This document shows, piece after piece, positions 1 through 7,637 of a stretch of 64,000 nucleotides of DNA. The DNA is from Minisyncoccota bacterium (lineage in GTDB: Bacteria; Patescibacteriota; Minisyncoccia; Minisyncoccales; JAQTVQ01). Both the position numbers and the translations under genes were made by a program. Under the pieces are notes generated by a model that had not been told where the DNA came from, made no database searches, and saw nothing but the letters and a program-made list of their open reading frames with translations. The stretch covers positions 15,313-79,312 of the forward strand of contig JBBABZ010000001.1 of assembly GCA_041657385.1 (NCBI GenBank), given 5' to 3'. Position 1 is the stretch's first letter; the number at the start of each line of letters is the position of its first letter.

Positions 1-812
1 TCCGCGATCCCCTCTTTGATATTATTCCTTAAGGCCTCGGCATTTTCGAAATTGCCTAAACTTTTAACGAATTCTTCATTGACTTCCGGCAATTGAAGTT
101 TTTTAACAGCTTTTACGACCACCTTAACCTGCAAAACCTTATCCGGCTCCTCCTTGGATCTAAAACCGACTTCTTTTGACTCGCCGGTAATCACTCCGAC
201 CAAGCTGTCTTCAAATTCCTTAGGATATTGGCCCTTGCCGAGTATAAAAGCGTCGTTGCGCACTTTTCCTGCCTCGATCTCCGGGGAAGAAAAATCTATC
301 TCTATAAAATCATCGTTTTGAGCAGGATCTGCCTTATCGGCAAAAGATGCTCTGGATTTTTGGATATTGGAAATGGTCTCTTCCACCTCCTTATCCTCAA
401 TTTTAATTTCTTTTTTTTCGATCTTTTGGGCAATGGTTTTATAATCGGGTAATTTAAATTCCGGCATTATCTCAAACTCGGCTGAAAAAAGAAGCTCATT
501 CTCCTTGGCCATCTTTAACAGCTCTATCTGGGGCTGGGAAATAACCTCTATCATTTGCAGGGCCAATTCTTTAATGGCTTTCGGCCAAAGGTTATCAATG
601 GCCAAAGTTGCGCCTTCGACTAAAAGCTTCGCCGGGTCCAAGCTGGCTTCAACCATAGAAATCGGAGCTTGGCCCTTGCGGAAGCCGGGCAATTCGATCT
701 CTTTGCTGAAATTGGAAAGAGCCTTTTCGTAAAAAGGCTTGAACTCGTCCCAAGCCTGCTCGATCTCGATCTTAACTTTTGTTTTTTTGTTTTCTTTAAT
801 TGTAAGTTTCAT
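1..812 (-). CDS. tig: Trigger factor, N-terminal part (3' end lies beyond the window start)
   Basis: Absent from the ORF track because there is no stop in the window. The reverse strand from the ATG (complement of 810-812) reads MKLTIKENKKTKVKIEIEQAWDEFKPFYEKALSNFSKEIELPGFRKGQAPISMVEASLDP... GFRKGxxP is the trigger-factor N-domain signature. Confidence 0.85.
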   Translation of the reverse strand, partial: MKLTIKENKKTKVKIEIEQAWDEFKPFYEKALSNFSKEIELPGFRKGQAPISMVEASLDPAKLLVEGATLAIDNLWPKAIKELALQMIEVISQPQIELLKMAKENELLFSAEFEIMPEFKLPDYKTIAQKIEKKEIKIEDKEVEETISNIQKSRASFADKADPAQNDDFIEIDFSSPEIEAGKVRNDAFILGKGQYPKEFEDSLVGVITGESKEVGFRSKEEPDKVLQVKVVVKAVKKLQLPEVNEEFVKSLGNFENAEALRNNIKEGIA

Positions 813-894
813 GTAATTTTGATCTCACTATTTATAATCTTCCAAAAAGTTTAAAGGGGTCTAACCCCTTGCACAGAAGTTAAGCTTTTTTATG

Positions 895-992
895 ATTGAC
901 GCGCACTATGTCGCGACAAAATACAATTGTCGCGCACCGTGTCGCGCCAAAATATAATTGACGCGCATTGTCGCGCGTCGTGTCGCGCGTCC
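895..992. repeat. Three tandem ~31-bp units, each with two TG(T/A)CGCG motifs
   Basis: The units are ATTGACGCGCACTATGTCGCGACAAAATACA, ATTGTCGCGCACCGTGTCGCGCCAAAATATA and ATTGACGCGCATTGTCGCGCGTCGTGTCGCGCGTCC. They are GC-rich motifs in an AT-rich spacer between the nusA stop and the tig start. Confidence 0.75.
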
Positions 993-993
993 G

Positions 994-1018
994 CCAGAAA
1001 GGGCTAAACCCTTTCTGG
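994..1018 (-). terminator. Perfect 10-bp hairpin downstream of nusA
   Basis: CCAGAAAGGG-ctaaa-CCCTTTCTGG lies 14 nt after the nusA stop. There is no clear U-tract on the minus strand, so terminator function is uncertain. Confidence 0.4.
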
Positions 1019-1031
1019 AATTTGTCGCGCA

Positions 1032-2357
1032 TTATTTTTCGGTTTTAATTTTGGATTTTTTGGCTTTGGCCGGTTTTTTGGCTTTTTTATCAATCTTGAT
1101 CTCTTTGCTTTCCTCTTCCTTGCTCTCTGTCTGCGCAACGGACTGTGTTTCTTTTTCTTCTTGCCCAGCCTCTGAAATTTCTTCAGCATTTTCTTGTTGG
1201 CCTTCAGCTGCCTTTTCTTCCAATTGCTCCGGGCTTTTAACATCGATCTTCCAGCCGGTCAATTTGGCCGCCAGCCGGACATTTTGCCCCTCGCGGCCGA
1301 TAGCCAAAGACAATTGGTCGCTAGGCACTACCACTAAAGCGGTATTTCTAGGCAAAACCTTGACTTCGATCACTTTGGCCGGAGAAAGCGCATTAGCTAC
1401 ATATTTATCTGTTTGGTCGGAATATTCGACAATGTCGATCTTCTCTCCGCCCAGCTCGGATATAACGGCAGAAACCCTTACTCCCCTTTGGCCGACCATA
1501 GCGCCGATAGGATCAACGCCTTCGGCTAAAGAAGCTACCGACACTTTGGTTCTGGACCCGGCTTCGCGGGCGATTGATTTGATTTCGATCTGGCCGGCGG
1601 AAATTTCAGGCACCTCCAGCTCAAAAAGCCTGGAAATCAATTTTGGATAAGCGCGGGACAATAGAATAAAAGGCCCGCGGGAGCTCTCTTCTACTTTTAA
1701 AACAAAAACTTTCAGCCTTTGGCCGGAACGATAGAATTCCCCTCTCACCTGCTCTTCCCTGGGTAAATAGCCCAAGGTTTTGCCGAGATCCAAATAAAGG
1801 CCGCCGGATTCCACTCTCTGGATAATGCCGGAAATGATGTCCCCTTCCCTGGACCTATATTCCTCCATGATACCGATCCTTTCAGCCTCCCTTATTTTTT
1901 GAAGCACGACCTGTTTCGCTGTTTGCGAAGCAATACGGCCAAAATCGGTCTTTTCTTCCAAAGGAAAGATCAATTCTGTTCCGGATTCGGCTTTTTTGTC
2001 TATTTTCTTGGCTTCGTCAATCATAATATGCTTTTCCGAATTGAACCTGACTTTTTTTACCTCTCCATCGGCAACAGCCTCGGCTGCTTCCAGCTCGGCT
2101 TCAGTTTTGTTCTTCAACTCCTCCAGTTCGGCTTCGGAATAGATCATTGAATCATCAACCACGATCTTTACTTGCCAAAAATTAACCTTGCCGTTTTTAG
2201 GATCAAGCTTGGCTTTGATGATCTGGCCTTTTTGGCCGTATTCCTTTTTATAAGCTGAAGCTAAAGCCTGCTCGGTGATCTCGACCACCTTTTCCTGGGG
2301 CAAAGCCTTTTCTTCCGCGATCTGGGCGATCGCCGACGCGAATGATTTTAGATCCAT
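1032..2357 (-). CDS. nusA: Transcription termination/antitermination factor NusA with a Lys/Glu-rich C-terminal tail
   Basis: 441-aa ORF. The N-terminus reads MDLKSFASAIAQIAEEKALPQEKV. It has an S1-like segment (GDIISGIIQRVESGGLYLDLG) and KH-type segments (VDPIGAMVGQRGVRV, LAIGREGQNVRLAAKLTGWKIDV). Confidence 0.95.
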   Translation of the reverse strand: MDLKSFASAIAQIAEEKALPQEKVVEITEQALASAYKKEYGQKGQIIKAKLDPKNGKVNFWQVKIVVDDSMIYSEAELEELKNKTEAELEAAEAVADGEVKKVRFNSEKHIMIDEAKKIDKKAESGTELIFPLEEKTDFGRIASQTAKQVVLQKIREAERIGIMEEYRSREGDIISGIIQRVESGGLYLDLGKTLGYLPREEQVRGEFYRSGQRLKVFVLKVEESSRGPFILLSRAYPKLISRLFELEVPEISAGQIEIKSIAREAGSRTKVSVASLAEGVDPIGAMVGQRGVRVSAVISELGGEKIDIVEYSDQTDKYVANALSPAKVIEVKVLPRNTALVVVPSDQLSLAIGREGQNVRLAAKLTGWKIDVKSPEQLEEKAAEGQQENAEEISEAGQEEKETQSVAQTESKEEESKEIKIDKKAKKPAKAKKSKIKTEK

Positions 2358-2523
2358 ATTGTTTTGCTAGCCTTCGGCCGGAACGGCCTTTTGGCTTCAC
2401 TAATTATGTTTTACGATTATTTATACTATTTTTTTAAAAAAAAGACCGGGTTCAACCGGGCATGGTCATCAAAATCTGTCATTAACTGTCAATATAATAA
2501 CAGAAAGAGGAAAACTGTCAAGA

Positions 2524-2672
2524 TTAGCGCAAAGCGTAAAGTGCAAAGTGTAAAACAAAAGTGCAAAATTTAAAATATTCGTTTTCCAGTCGTTCGTTAT
2601 TTTTAGCTTTACGCTGTTATTTTACGCTTTTCGCTTTTAGCTTTACTCTTTCTTCCTTTGCTCTTTTCGTTT
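2524..2672. repeat. Heptamer-hairpin element, family A (AAAG units), copy A1
   Basis: The left arm is AGCGCAAAGCGTAAAGTGCAAAGTGTAAAAC, the core is TTTAAAATATTCGTT, and the right arm is TTTTAGCTTTACGCTGTTATTTTACGCTTTTCGCTTTTAGCTTTAC. Arms are period-7 and reverse-complementary. Confidence 0.8.
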
Positions 2673-2736
2673 TTTTTCAACTAAAGTATAATTAAGAAAC
2701 TAACCATAAAAATATTTCAGTTTCACGAAACTGGCA

Positions 2737-4206
2737 ATGAACTTGGAAATCCCCAAAGAAGTAAAATTTGTCCTTGATGGCTTGAAAACAAAAGGCTTTC
2801 AAGCTTATGCCGTTGGCGGCTGCGTCCGCGACATCCTAAGAGGGGAAAAACCTGCCGACTGGGATATAACGACCAATGCCGCTCCCGAGCAGATCGGTTC
2901 GATTTTTTTGGAAAGCTTCAGCAATAATAAATTCGGCACGGTTACGGTGATCGTCGAAAGCGAAGATCCGGCTTTGCGCGAAATAGAAGTTACGCCTTTC
3001 CGCACCGAACAAAACTATTCAGACAAAAGACACCCGGATGAAGTTAAATGGGCCAAAACTATCGAAGAAGACCTAAGCCGCCGGGATTTCACGGTCAATG
3101 CCTTGGCTTTGGACGAAACGGCAGGGAAGATAAGCATTATCGATCTATTCAACGGACAAAAAGACCTGCGTGATCAAATTATACGCACAGTCGGAAGCGC
3201 CGAGGAAAGATTCAACGAGGATGCCTTAAGGATGCTAAGGGCGATCCGTTTTTCCGCTACTTTGGGTGAAGACTGGAAGATCGAACCTCAAACCCAAAAA
3301 GCCATCGAATCAAACGCCCATTGGCTAAAAGCCATCTCTCAAGAAAGGATCAGCGAAGAGCTATGCAAAATAATAAAATCCAGGCAGGCGGCGCAGGGGA
3401 TAGAAACGTTAAGAATATATGGATTGCTGCAATATATCCTTCCGGAATTAATGGAAGGGTATAAAGTCGGGCAGAACAAGCACCATGTCTATGATGTTTA
3501 TGAACATTGCGTGCGCTGTTTGGACTTTACCGCCAAAAAAGATTTTAATTTCCATGTTCGGATGGCCTCTTTGCTCCACGATATCGGCAAGCCGCGTTCC
3601 AAAAGAGGGGAAGGCCTTAATTCCACTTTTTACGGCCATGATATTATCGGAGCCAAAATGTGCGCCCAAGCTTTACAGCGCTTGAAATTTTCCAAAAAAG
3701 ATAATGATAAAGTTACGCTTTTGGTCCGATACCATTTGTTTTATTACAATGTGGACGAAGTAGGGGAATCTTCCATCCGCCGCTTGGTGCGCAATGTCGG
3801 GCCGGAAAATATGGAAGAGCTATTGCAGGTCCGGATGGCCGACCGTATCGGCTCGGGCTGTCCCAAGGCAGAGCCATATAAACTAAGGCATTTGAAATAT
3901 ATCGTCGATAAAGTAGCCCAAGACCCGATCTCGGCCAAAATGCTCAAAGCCGACGGCCAAGATGTGATGAAGATATTGGAAATAAAACCCGGTCCGAAGA
4001 TCGGCGATATTTTGGATATTCTTTTGGGCATAGTTTTATTGGACCCCAAAAAAAATACCAAAAAATTCTTGGAAGGGGAGATCAAAAAATTGGGAAAAAT
4101 GTCCGATGAAGAACTGGCAGTTTTTTCCCAAAAAGCCAAAGAGGAGCGCGGCAAAACCGAAGTGAAGCGGGACGAAATGACGAAGAAGAAGTATTGGGTC
4201 ACTTAG
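2737..4206 (+). CDS. cca: CCA-adding tRNA nucleotidyltransferase with HD domain
   Basis: 489 aa. It has the PolyA-polymerase head motif GGCVRDILRGEKPADWDITT, RRDFTVNA, and an HD region (LLHDIGKP). Confidence 0.9.
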   Translation: MNLEIPKEVKFVLDGLKTKGFQAYAVGGCVRDILRGEKPADWDITTNAAPEQIGSIFLESFSNNKFGTVTVIVESEDPALREIEVTPFRTEQNYSDKRHPDEVKWAKTIEEDLSRRDFTVNALALDETAGKISIIDLFNGQKDLRDQIIRTVGSAEERFNEDALRMLRAIRFSATLGEDWKIEPQTQKAIESNAHWLKAISQERISEELCKIIKSRQAAQGIETLRIYGLLQYILPELMEGYKVGQNKHHVYDVYEHCVRCLDFTAKKDFNFHVRMASLLHDIGKPRSKRGEGLNSTFYGHDIIGAKMCAQALQRLKFSKKDNDKVTLLVRYHLFYYNVDEVGESSIRRLVRNVGPENMEELLQVRMADRIGSGCPKAEPYKLRHLKYIVDKVAQDPISAKMLKADGQDVMKILEIKPGPKIGDILDILLGIVLLDPKKNTKKFLEGEIKKLGKMSDEELAVFSQKAKEERGKTEVKRDEMTKKKYWVT

Positions 4207-4340
4207 AAGCGTAAAGTGCAAAGCGAAAAGCTTAAAGCAGCGAACGATCGTAGGACGAAAAGCGTTTGCAAACGCTTTTCGTCCTTGTTTTTAGCTTTAC
4301 GCTGTTATTTTACGCTTTTCGCTTTACACTTTACGCTTCT
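4207..4340. repeat. Heptamer-hairpin element, family A, copy A2, with a nested perfect 32-bp palindrome
   Basis: The arms are AAGCGTAAAGTGCAAAGCGAAAAGCTTAAAG and TTTTTAGCTTTACGCTGTTATTTTACGCTTTTCGCTTTACACTTTACGCTT. The centre, GGACGAAAAGCGTTTGCAAACGCTTTTCGTCC (4253-4284), is a perfect palindrome. Confidence 0.8.
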
Positions 4341-4402
4341 TGGTTTCACAAATTCCGAAAAATTTGCTAAGCTTTTAAGCGTCCTAAGAATAGAGACGTC
4401 AA

Positions 4403-4473
4403 CGGGGTGTAGTATACCGGCAGTACGTGCCCTTCGGGAGGGTAAAGACTGGGTTCAATTCCCAGCACCCCGA
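4403..4473 (+). tRNA. tRNA-Pro (anticodon CGG), CCA not encoded
   Basis: Hand-folded cloverleaf. Acceptor CGGGGTG/CACCCCG, D stem GTAT/GTAC, anticodon stem TGCCC/GGGTA with loop TTCGGGA, and T arm CTGGG-TTCAATT-CCCAG. The discriminator is A, followed by CTG. Confidence 0.85.
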
Positions 4474-4497
4474 CTGCTTAAATTAAAGTCCTTATCA

Positions 4498-4959
4498 ATG
4501 GAAACCAAGCTAGCCATTTTTGATTTCTCCGGCACTTTGGCTTACGGCAAGATAAGCGGCCAAAAACTTCTTGAAGACATGAGCAACTTAAGCTTCGAGC
4601 TTTTTGGCGACGCCCAAAAAGCTTTTGCTTTGCCTGTCCAAAAAGCGATTTTAACAGCCGCCGATCATTTTTTATTAAAAGGCTGCGACATTCCCAAAGA
4701 TATTAAAATTTTTACGCCTCTGGAAACAAAATATCTCAAGCCCGATCCCAGGGCTTTTCTTTTTGTGCTCGAACAGCTAGGCGTTAGCCCTCAACAAGCT
4801 GCGATGATAGGGGACGAAGTCGAAAGGGATCTGATCCCGGCCGTCGGCCTCGGGATGAAAGCCTTTTTGATTAACAGGGAAAACAAAGATATAAGCGTTT
4901 TGCCGAACGGCATCATAAGAATAAATTCTTTGAAAAAACTGGGAGAATACATCCGTTGA
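4498..4959 (+). CDS. Small HAD-superfamily hydrolase-like protein
   Basis: The track ORF 4216..4959 begins inside repeat A2 and runs through tRNA-Pro. The internal Met at 4498 gives METKLAIFDFSGTLAY (a HAD motif I-like sequence, with Ser in place of the second Asp) and a C-terminal IGDEVERDL. Confidence 0.6.
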   Translation: METKLAIFDFSGTLAYGKISGQKLLEDMSNLSFELFGDAQKAFALPVQKAILTAADHFLLKGCDIPKDIKIFTPLETKYLKPDPRAFLFVLEQLGVSPQQAAMIGDEVERDLIPAVGLGMKAFLINRENKDISVLPNGIIRINSLKKLGEYIR

Positions 4960-5023
4960 CAGGTTTTTCAAGGGTTGATACCCTCTAATAACTCATTAAA
5001 AAAGGAAAAAGGAAGCGATAGCA

Positions 5024-5158
5024 ATGGCATGTCCATATTCTGAAGAAGAGCGGTCAAAAAGAGATCCCAAACATTGTAGAAATGGGAGATCTAAAAAGAA
5101 ATTGCCTCTAGGCGATAACGCTGACTCTCTTCAAGAAGGAGAAAGAAGAAAACGCTAA
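5024..5158 (+). CDS. Possible 44-aa basic small protein
   Basis: ATG preceded by AAAGGAAAAAGGAAG. It reads MACPYSEEERSKRDPKHCRNGRSKKKLPLGDNADSLQEGERRKR and is followed by two hairpins. No homology was recognised, and it is below the size cutoff of the track. Confidence 0.25.
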   Translation: MACPYSEEERSKRDPKHCRNGRSKKKLPLGDNADSLQEGERRKR

Positions 5159-5169
5159 AATAGCGTTTT
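5149..5169 (+). terminator. Hairpin AAAACGCTA-aaa-TAGCGTTTT
   Basis: 9-bp stem overlapping the stop codon of the small ORF. The T-run forms part of the stem. Confidence 0.35.
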
Positions 5170-5210
5170 GAATCGGTGATAAAAGCCGTTCTTTTACAAT
5201 GTTCGCAATG

Positions 5211-5240
5211 CGCGCCTTTCAAAGGCGCGTTTGGGGTTTG
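5211..5240 (+). terminator. GC-rich palindrome CGCGCCTTTcAAAGGCGCG followed by TTTGGGGTTTG
   Basis: Inverted repeat seen directly. A T-rich tail follows it. Confidence 0.4.
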
Positions 5241-5388
5241 CCGGCATTAATTGCTTGCAACCCCGTTTTTTTTACCAAAATAATTGCCAGCCCTTTTTAA
5301 ACCAAGATTTTTTTGATAAACTAAATAAGATTTCAACGTTGCACTTTAGTTTCAAAAAAAAGAGTAAAGGATGGCATCGCCACGCTGA

Positions 5389-5477
5389 GAGCGAAGGAGG
5401 GCTTTGCCTCGCCGTAGCTCTAGCAAGAGCGAAGGAGGGCTTTGCCTCGCCGTAGCTCTAGCAAGAGCGAAGGAGGG
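5389..5477 (+). repeat. 38-bp tandem repeat (2.3 copies) running into the 5' end of tRNA-Ala
   Basis: The unit GAGCGAAGGAGGGCTTTGCCTCGCCGTAGCTCTAGCAA starts at 5389, 5427 and 5465. The third copy diverges exactly where tRNA-Ala begins. Confidence 0.85.
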
Positions 5478-5549
5478 GCCTGTAGTACAGTGGTAACACG
5501 CTGCATTCGCATTGCAGAGACGGGAGTCCGATTCTCCCCAGGTCCACCA
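5476..5549 (+). tRNA. tRNA-Ala (anticodon CGC), CCA encoded
   Basis: Acceptor GGGCCTG/CAGGTCC with the G3:U70 alanine identity pair. The anticodon stem is CTGCA/TGCAG with loop TTCGCAT, and the T arm is GGGAG-TCCGATT-CTCCC, followed by ACCA. The D stem is weak (2 Watson-Crick pairs). Confidence 0.8.
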
Positions 5550-5551
5550 CA

Positions 5552-5662
5552 GCTGGAATTTGGAAGCTGGAATTTGGAATCTAGAATCTAGAATTTAGAA
5601 TTCGGATTCCACATTCCATATTCTAAATTCTAAATTCCAGTTTTGAATTCCAGTCTTGAATT
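5552..5662. repeat. Heptamer-hairpin element, family B (GAAT units), copy B1
   Basis: Reads CTGGAATTTGGAAGCTGGAATTTGGAATCTAGAATCTAGAATTTAGAATTCGGATTCC | ACATTCCATATTCTAAATTCTAAATTCCAGTTTTGAATTCCAGTCTTGAA. Positions 5565-5659 look identical to 6387-6481. Confidence 0.85.
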
Positions 5663-5696
5663 GGTTTTTATAAGGCCAGCTAAAAGTTAGGAGGCT

Positions 5697-6413
5697 ATGA
5701 AAACAAAATTTCTTATTGCCGCGATAATCTTAACGGCCGCCGGGGCGGTATTTTTTCTTTGGTTGGGAAAACCAGATTCTCCGCTGGCCGAGCGAATTGC
5801 GCCGGTCTGGCAGACTCTGGAACAAGGAACGGGAACAATAATAGGGGAGGATATCAAATATTCTCCAAGCCACCCGCTGGTCGAGGCGGCGAAAAAACAG
5901 ATCGGAGTTGTTACGAAATATGACACCAGCTACTATCCGGACGGATATCCGCCAACAGACCGCGGAGCGTGCACTGATGTTATAGCACGGGCTCTAAAAA
6001 CCAACGGCTATGATCTGAAAGAAAAGATCGACGCGGATATGGCAGAATATCCGGACAAATATCCGAACGCATCGGATCCGAATATCAATTTCCGTCGGGT
6101 AACGAATGTAAAAATATTTTTAGATAACCACGCGCAAAAGTTATCTACCTGCATCACATCCGAATGTTTTGCGCAAGGTCTTTGGCAAGCAGGAGACATA
6201 GTAACCTTTGACCAAATTCCGGAAAGCTTATGGCACATTGCCATTGTTTCCAATAAAACGAAAAAAAATAACAACCTCGGAGGAGCAATGGTCCCTTTTT
6301 TGGTGCATAACCACGGAGGAGGCACGGTTGAAGACAATATGCTGTTAACTTGGCCCACGCCCATCACCGGCCATTACCGGACCTCAAGCTGGAATTTGGA
6401 ATCTAGAATCTAG
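5697..6413 (+). CDS. DUF1287 domain protein with N-terminal signal/anchor
   Basis: 238 aa with an AGGAGG SD. It reads YDTSYYPDGYPPTDRGACTDVIARALKTNGYDLKEKIDADM...NINFRRVTNV, which matches my recollection of the DUF1287 family. The last codons (WNLESRI*) are encoded by repeat B2. Confidence 0.7.
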   Translation: MKTKFLIAAIILTAAGAVFFLWLGKPDSPLAERIAPVWQTLEQGTGTIIGEDIKYSPSHPLVEAAKKQIGVVTKYDTSYYPDGYPPTDRGACTDVIARALKTNGYDLKEKIDADMAEYPDKYPNASDPNINFRRVTNVKIFLDNHAQKLSTCITSECFAQGLWQAGDIVTFDQIPESLWHIAIVSNKTKKNNNLGGAMVPFLVHNHGGGTVEDNMLLTWPTPITGHYRTSSWNLESRI

Positions 6414-6487
6414 AATTTAGAATTCGGATTCCACATTCCATATTCTAAATTCTAAATTCCAGTTTTGAATTCCAGTCTTGATTCCAG
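6387..6487. repeat. Heptamer-hairpin element, family B, copy B2
   Basis: 95 bp apparently identical to B1. It overlaps the 3' end and stop codon of the DUF1287 gene. Confidence 0.85.
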
Positions 6488-6515
6488 AAATAACGGCGAG
6501 AATAAATAACTAAAA

Positions 6516-6597
6516 ACGCAAAGCAACGGCGCCTGCCTATCAACAGACAGGTAAAGTTTAAAATATCATTCGTTATTTTGCGCTTTACACTTTTTAA
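6516..6597. repeat. Heptamer-hairpin element, family A, degenerate copy A3
   Basis: Reads CGCAAAGCAACGGCGCCTGCCTATCAACAGACAGGTAAAGTTTAAAATATCATTCGTTATTTTGCGCTTTACAC. It includes a decayed version of the GC palindrome and the family core. Confidence 0.65.
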
Positions 6598-6601
6598 CTC
6601 T

Positions 6602-7552
6602 ATGGCAAACCAACAACTGTTTGATTATATCAAGCAAGAAACCAATAAGGGATCGTCAAAAAACCAGATAAAAAAAGGCTTATCAAGCGCCGGCTGGCGG
6701 GAAGCCGATATCGACGAGGCTTTCGCGGCTGTTGAATCGCCAGATTATATACCGGCCCCCAGGGCGCCGATGGCTGCCGATACTAATCCTATCGAAGATG
6801 GCAATCTGATCGACGCTTTCTCGCTATTGAAAAAATCTTTTAAGGTTTACAAATCCCGCTTTTGGACGCTGATCGGAATATCGGCTGTTCCCGCTTTGCT
6901 GATGTTTCTCTTTTCCCTTGCTTCTATCTCCCTATCAGCAAAAATACAAGCACTGGAGGCGCCTTTCGTTCCAATGATGGGCCTTCTATGGTTCTTGATC
7001 TCCCTGTCTATCCAGTTTTGGTCGCAAATAGCCCTACTCTGCGCCATTAAAGGCAGGAACGAAAAGATAGAAGCCGGGGAATCTTTCCGCCGCGCTTGGC
7101 CAAAAATAAACTCCTTTGCTTGGGTTTCAATATTAACAGGGCTTATCGTAATGGGAGGATTAATGCTTTTCATAATCCCTGGCATTATTTTCTCTATCTG
7201 GTTTTGCTTTGCTTCTTATATCTTAATAAGCGAAAACATCGGCGGAATGGGTGCTTTAACAAGAAGCCGGGCTTATGTCCAAGGCTATTGGTGGGATATT
7301 TTTTGGCGGTTTATTACTTTAGGATTGATTTTGATCGGGCCGTTTATAATATTGGCGATGATCTTAGAGATGGCTACGGCCGGAATAACTCTTACCGCCG
7401 GCAAAGCAAACGCTTCGATCTTTTCCGATTTTATTAATTTTCTGATAACAACCTTTTTAACGCCTTTCTTCGCAACTTATTCTTTCTTGCTCTACGAGAA
7501 CCTGAAACAGCTTAAAGGATTTTCTACTTTTGAACCTAAAAACAAAGCTTAA
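6602..7552 (+). CDS. Polytopic membrane protein, function unknown
   Basis: The track start at 6578 lies in repeat A3. The ATG at 6602 gives MANQQLFDYIKQETNKGSSKNQIKKGLSSAGWREADIDEAF, followed by multiple hydrophobic helices. Confidence 0.6.
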   Translation: MANQQLFDYIKQETNKGSSKNQIKKGLSSAGWREADIDEAFAAVESPDYIPAPRAPMAADTNPIEDGNLIDAFSLLKKSFKVYKSRFWTLIGISAVPALLMFLFSLASISLSAKIQALEAPFVPMMGLLWFLISLSIQFWSQIALLCAIKGRNEKIEAGESFRRAWPKINSFAWVSILTGLIVMGGLMLFIIPGIIFSIWFCFASYILISENIGGMGALTRSRAYVQGYWWDIFWRFITLGLILIGPFIILAMILEMATAGITLTAGKANASIFSDFINFLITTFLTPFFATYSFLLYENLKQLKGFSTFEPKNKA

Positions 7553-7602
7553 TCCGCGGCCATAGTTCTTACGGATCAAGAAGCTATGCAGGCCGCTAAA
7601 TT

Positions 7603-7630
7603 TTGACTTTTGCCATTGAAAACGTAAAAT
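7603..7630 (+). promoter_or_regulatory. Sigma70-like promoter TTGACT-N16-TAAAAT
   Basis: The -35 element is at 7603-7608 and the -10 element at 7625-7630. Only 7 nt separate the -10 from the ATG at 7638. Confidence 0.45.
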
Positions 7631-7637
7631 TAAATCA

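Noticed and set aside
958-1650. 230-aa plus-strand ORF and the 79-aa Lys-rich minus-strand ORF (1004..1243) overlapping nusA
   Set aside because: Both overlap the clearly homologous nusA frame. Their low-complexity Ser/Leu or Lys-rich composition is the mirror or alternative-frame image of the nusA Glu/Lys tail, and the 958 ORF starts inside the TGTCGCG repeat array.
2364-2573. ORFs whose translation is just heptamer-repeat sequence (2364..2573, 4216..4497 N-terminal extension, 5231..5455, 25046..25234, 26064..26261, 21795..22028, 20130..20381)
   Set aside because: Their peptides (for example SAKRKVQSVKQKCKI, and FTLFALHFTLL) are direct readouts of the AAAG/CTTT, GAAT or CAATTTT repeats or of the 38-bp tandem repeat. 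They overlap tRNAs or better-supported genes and have no SD or homology.
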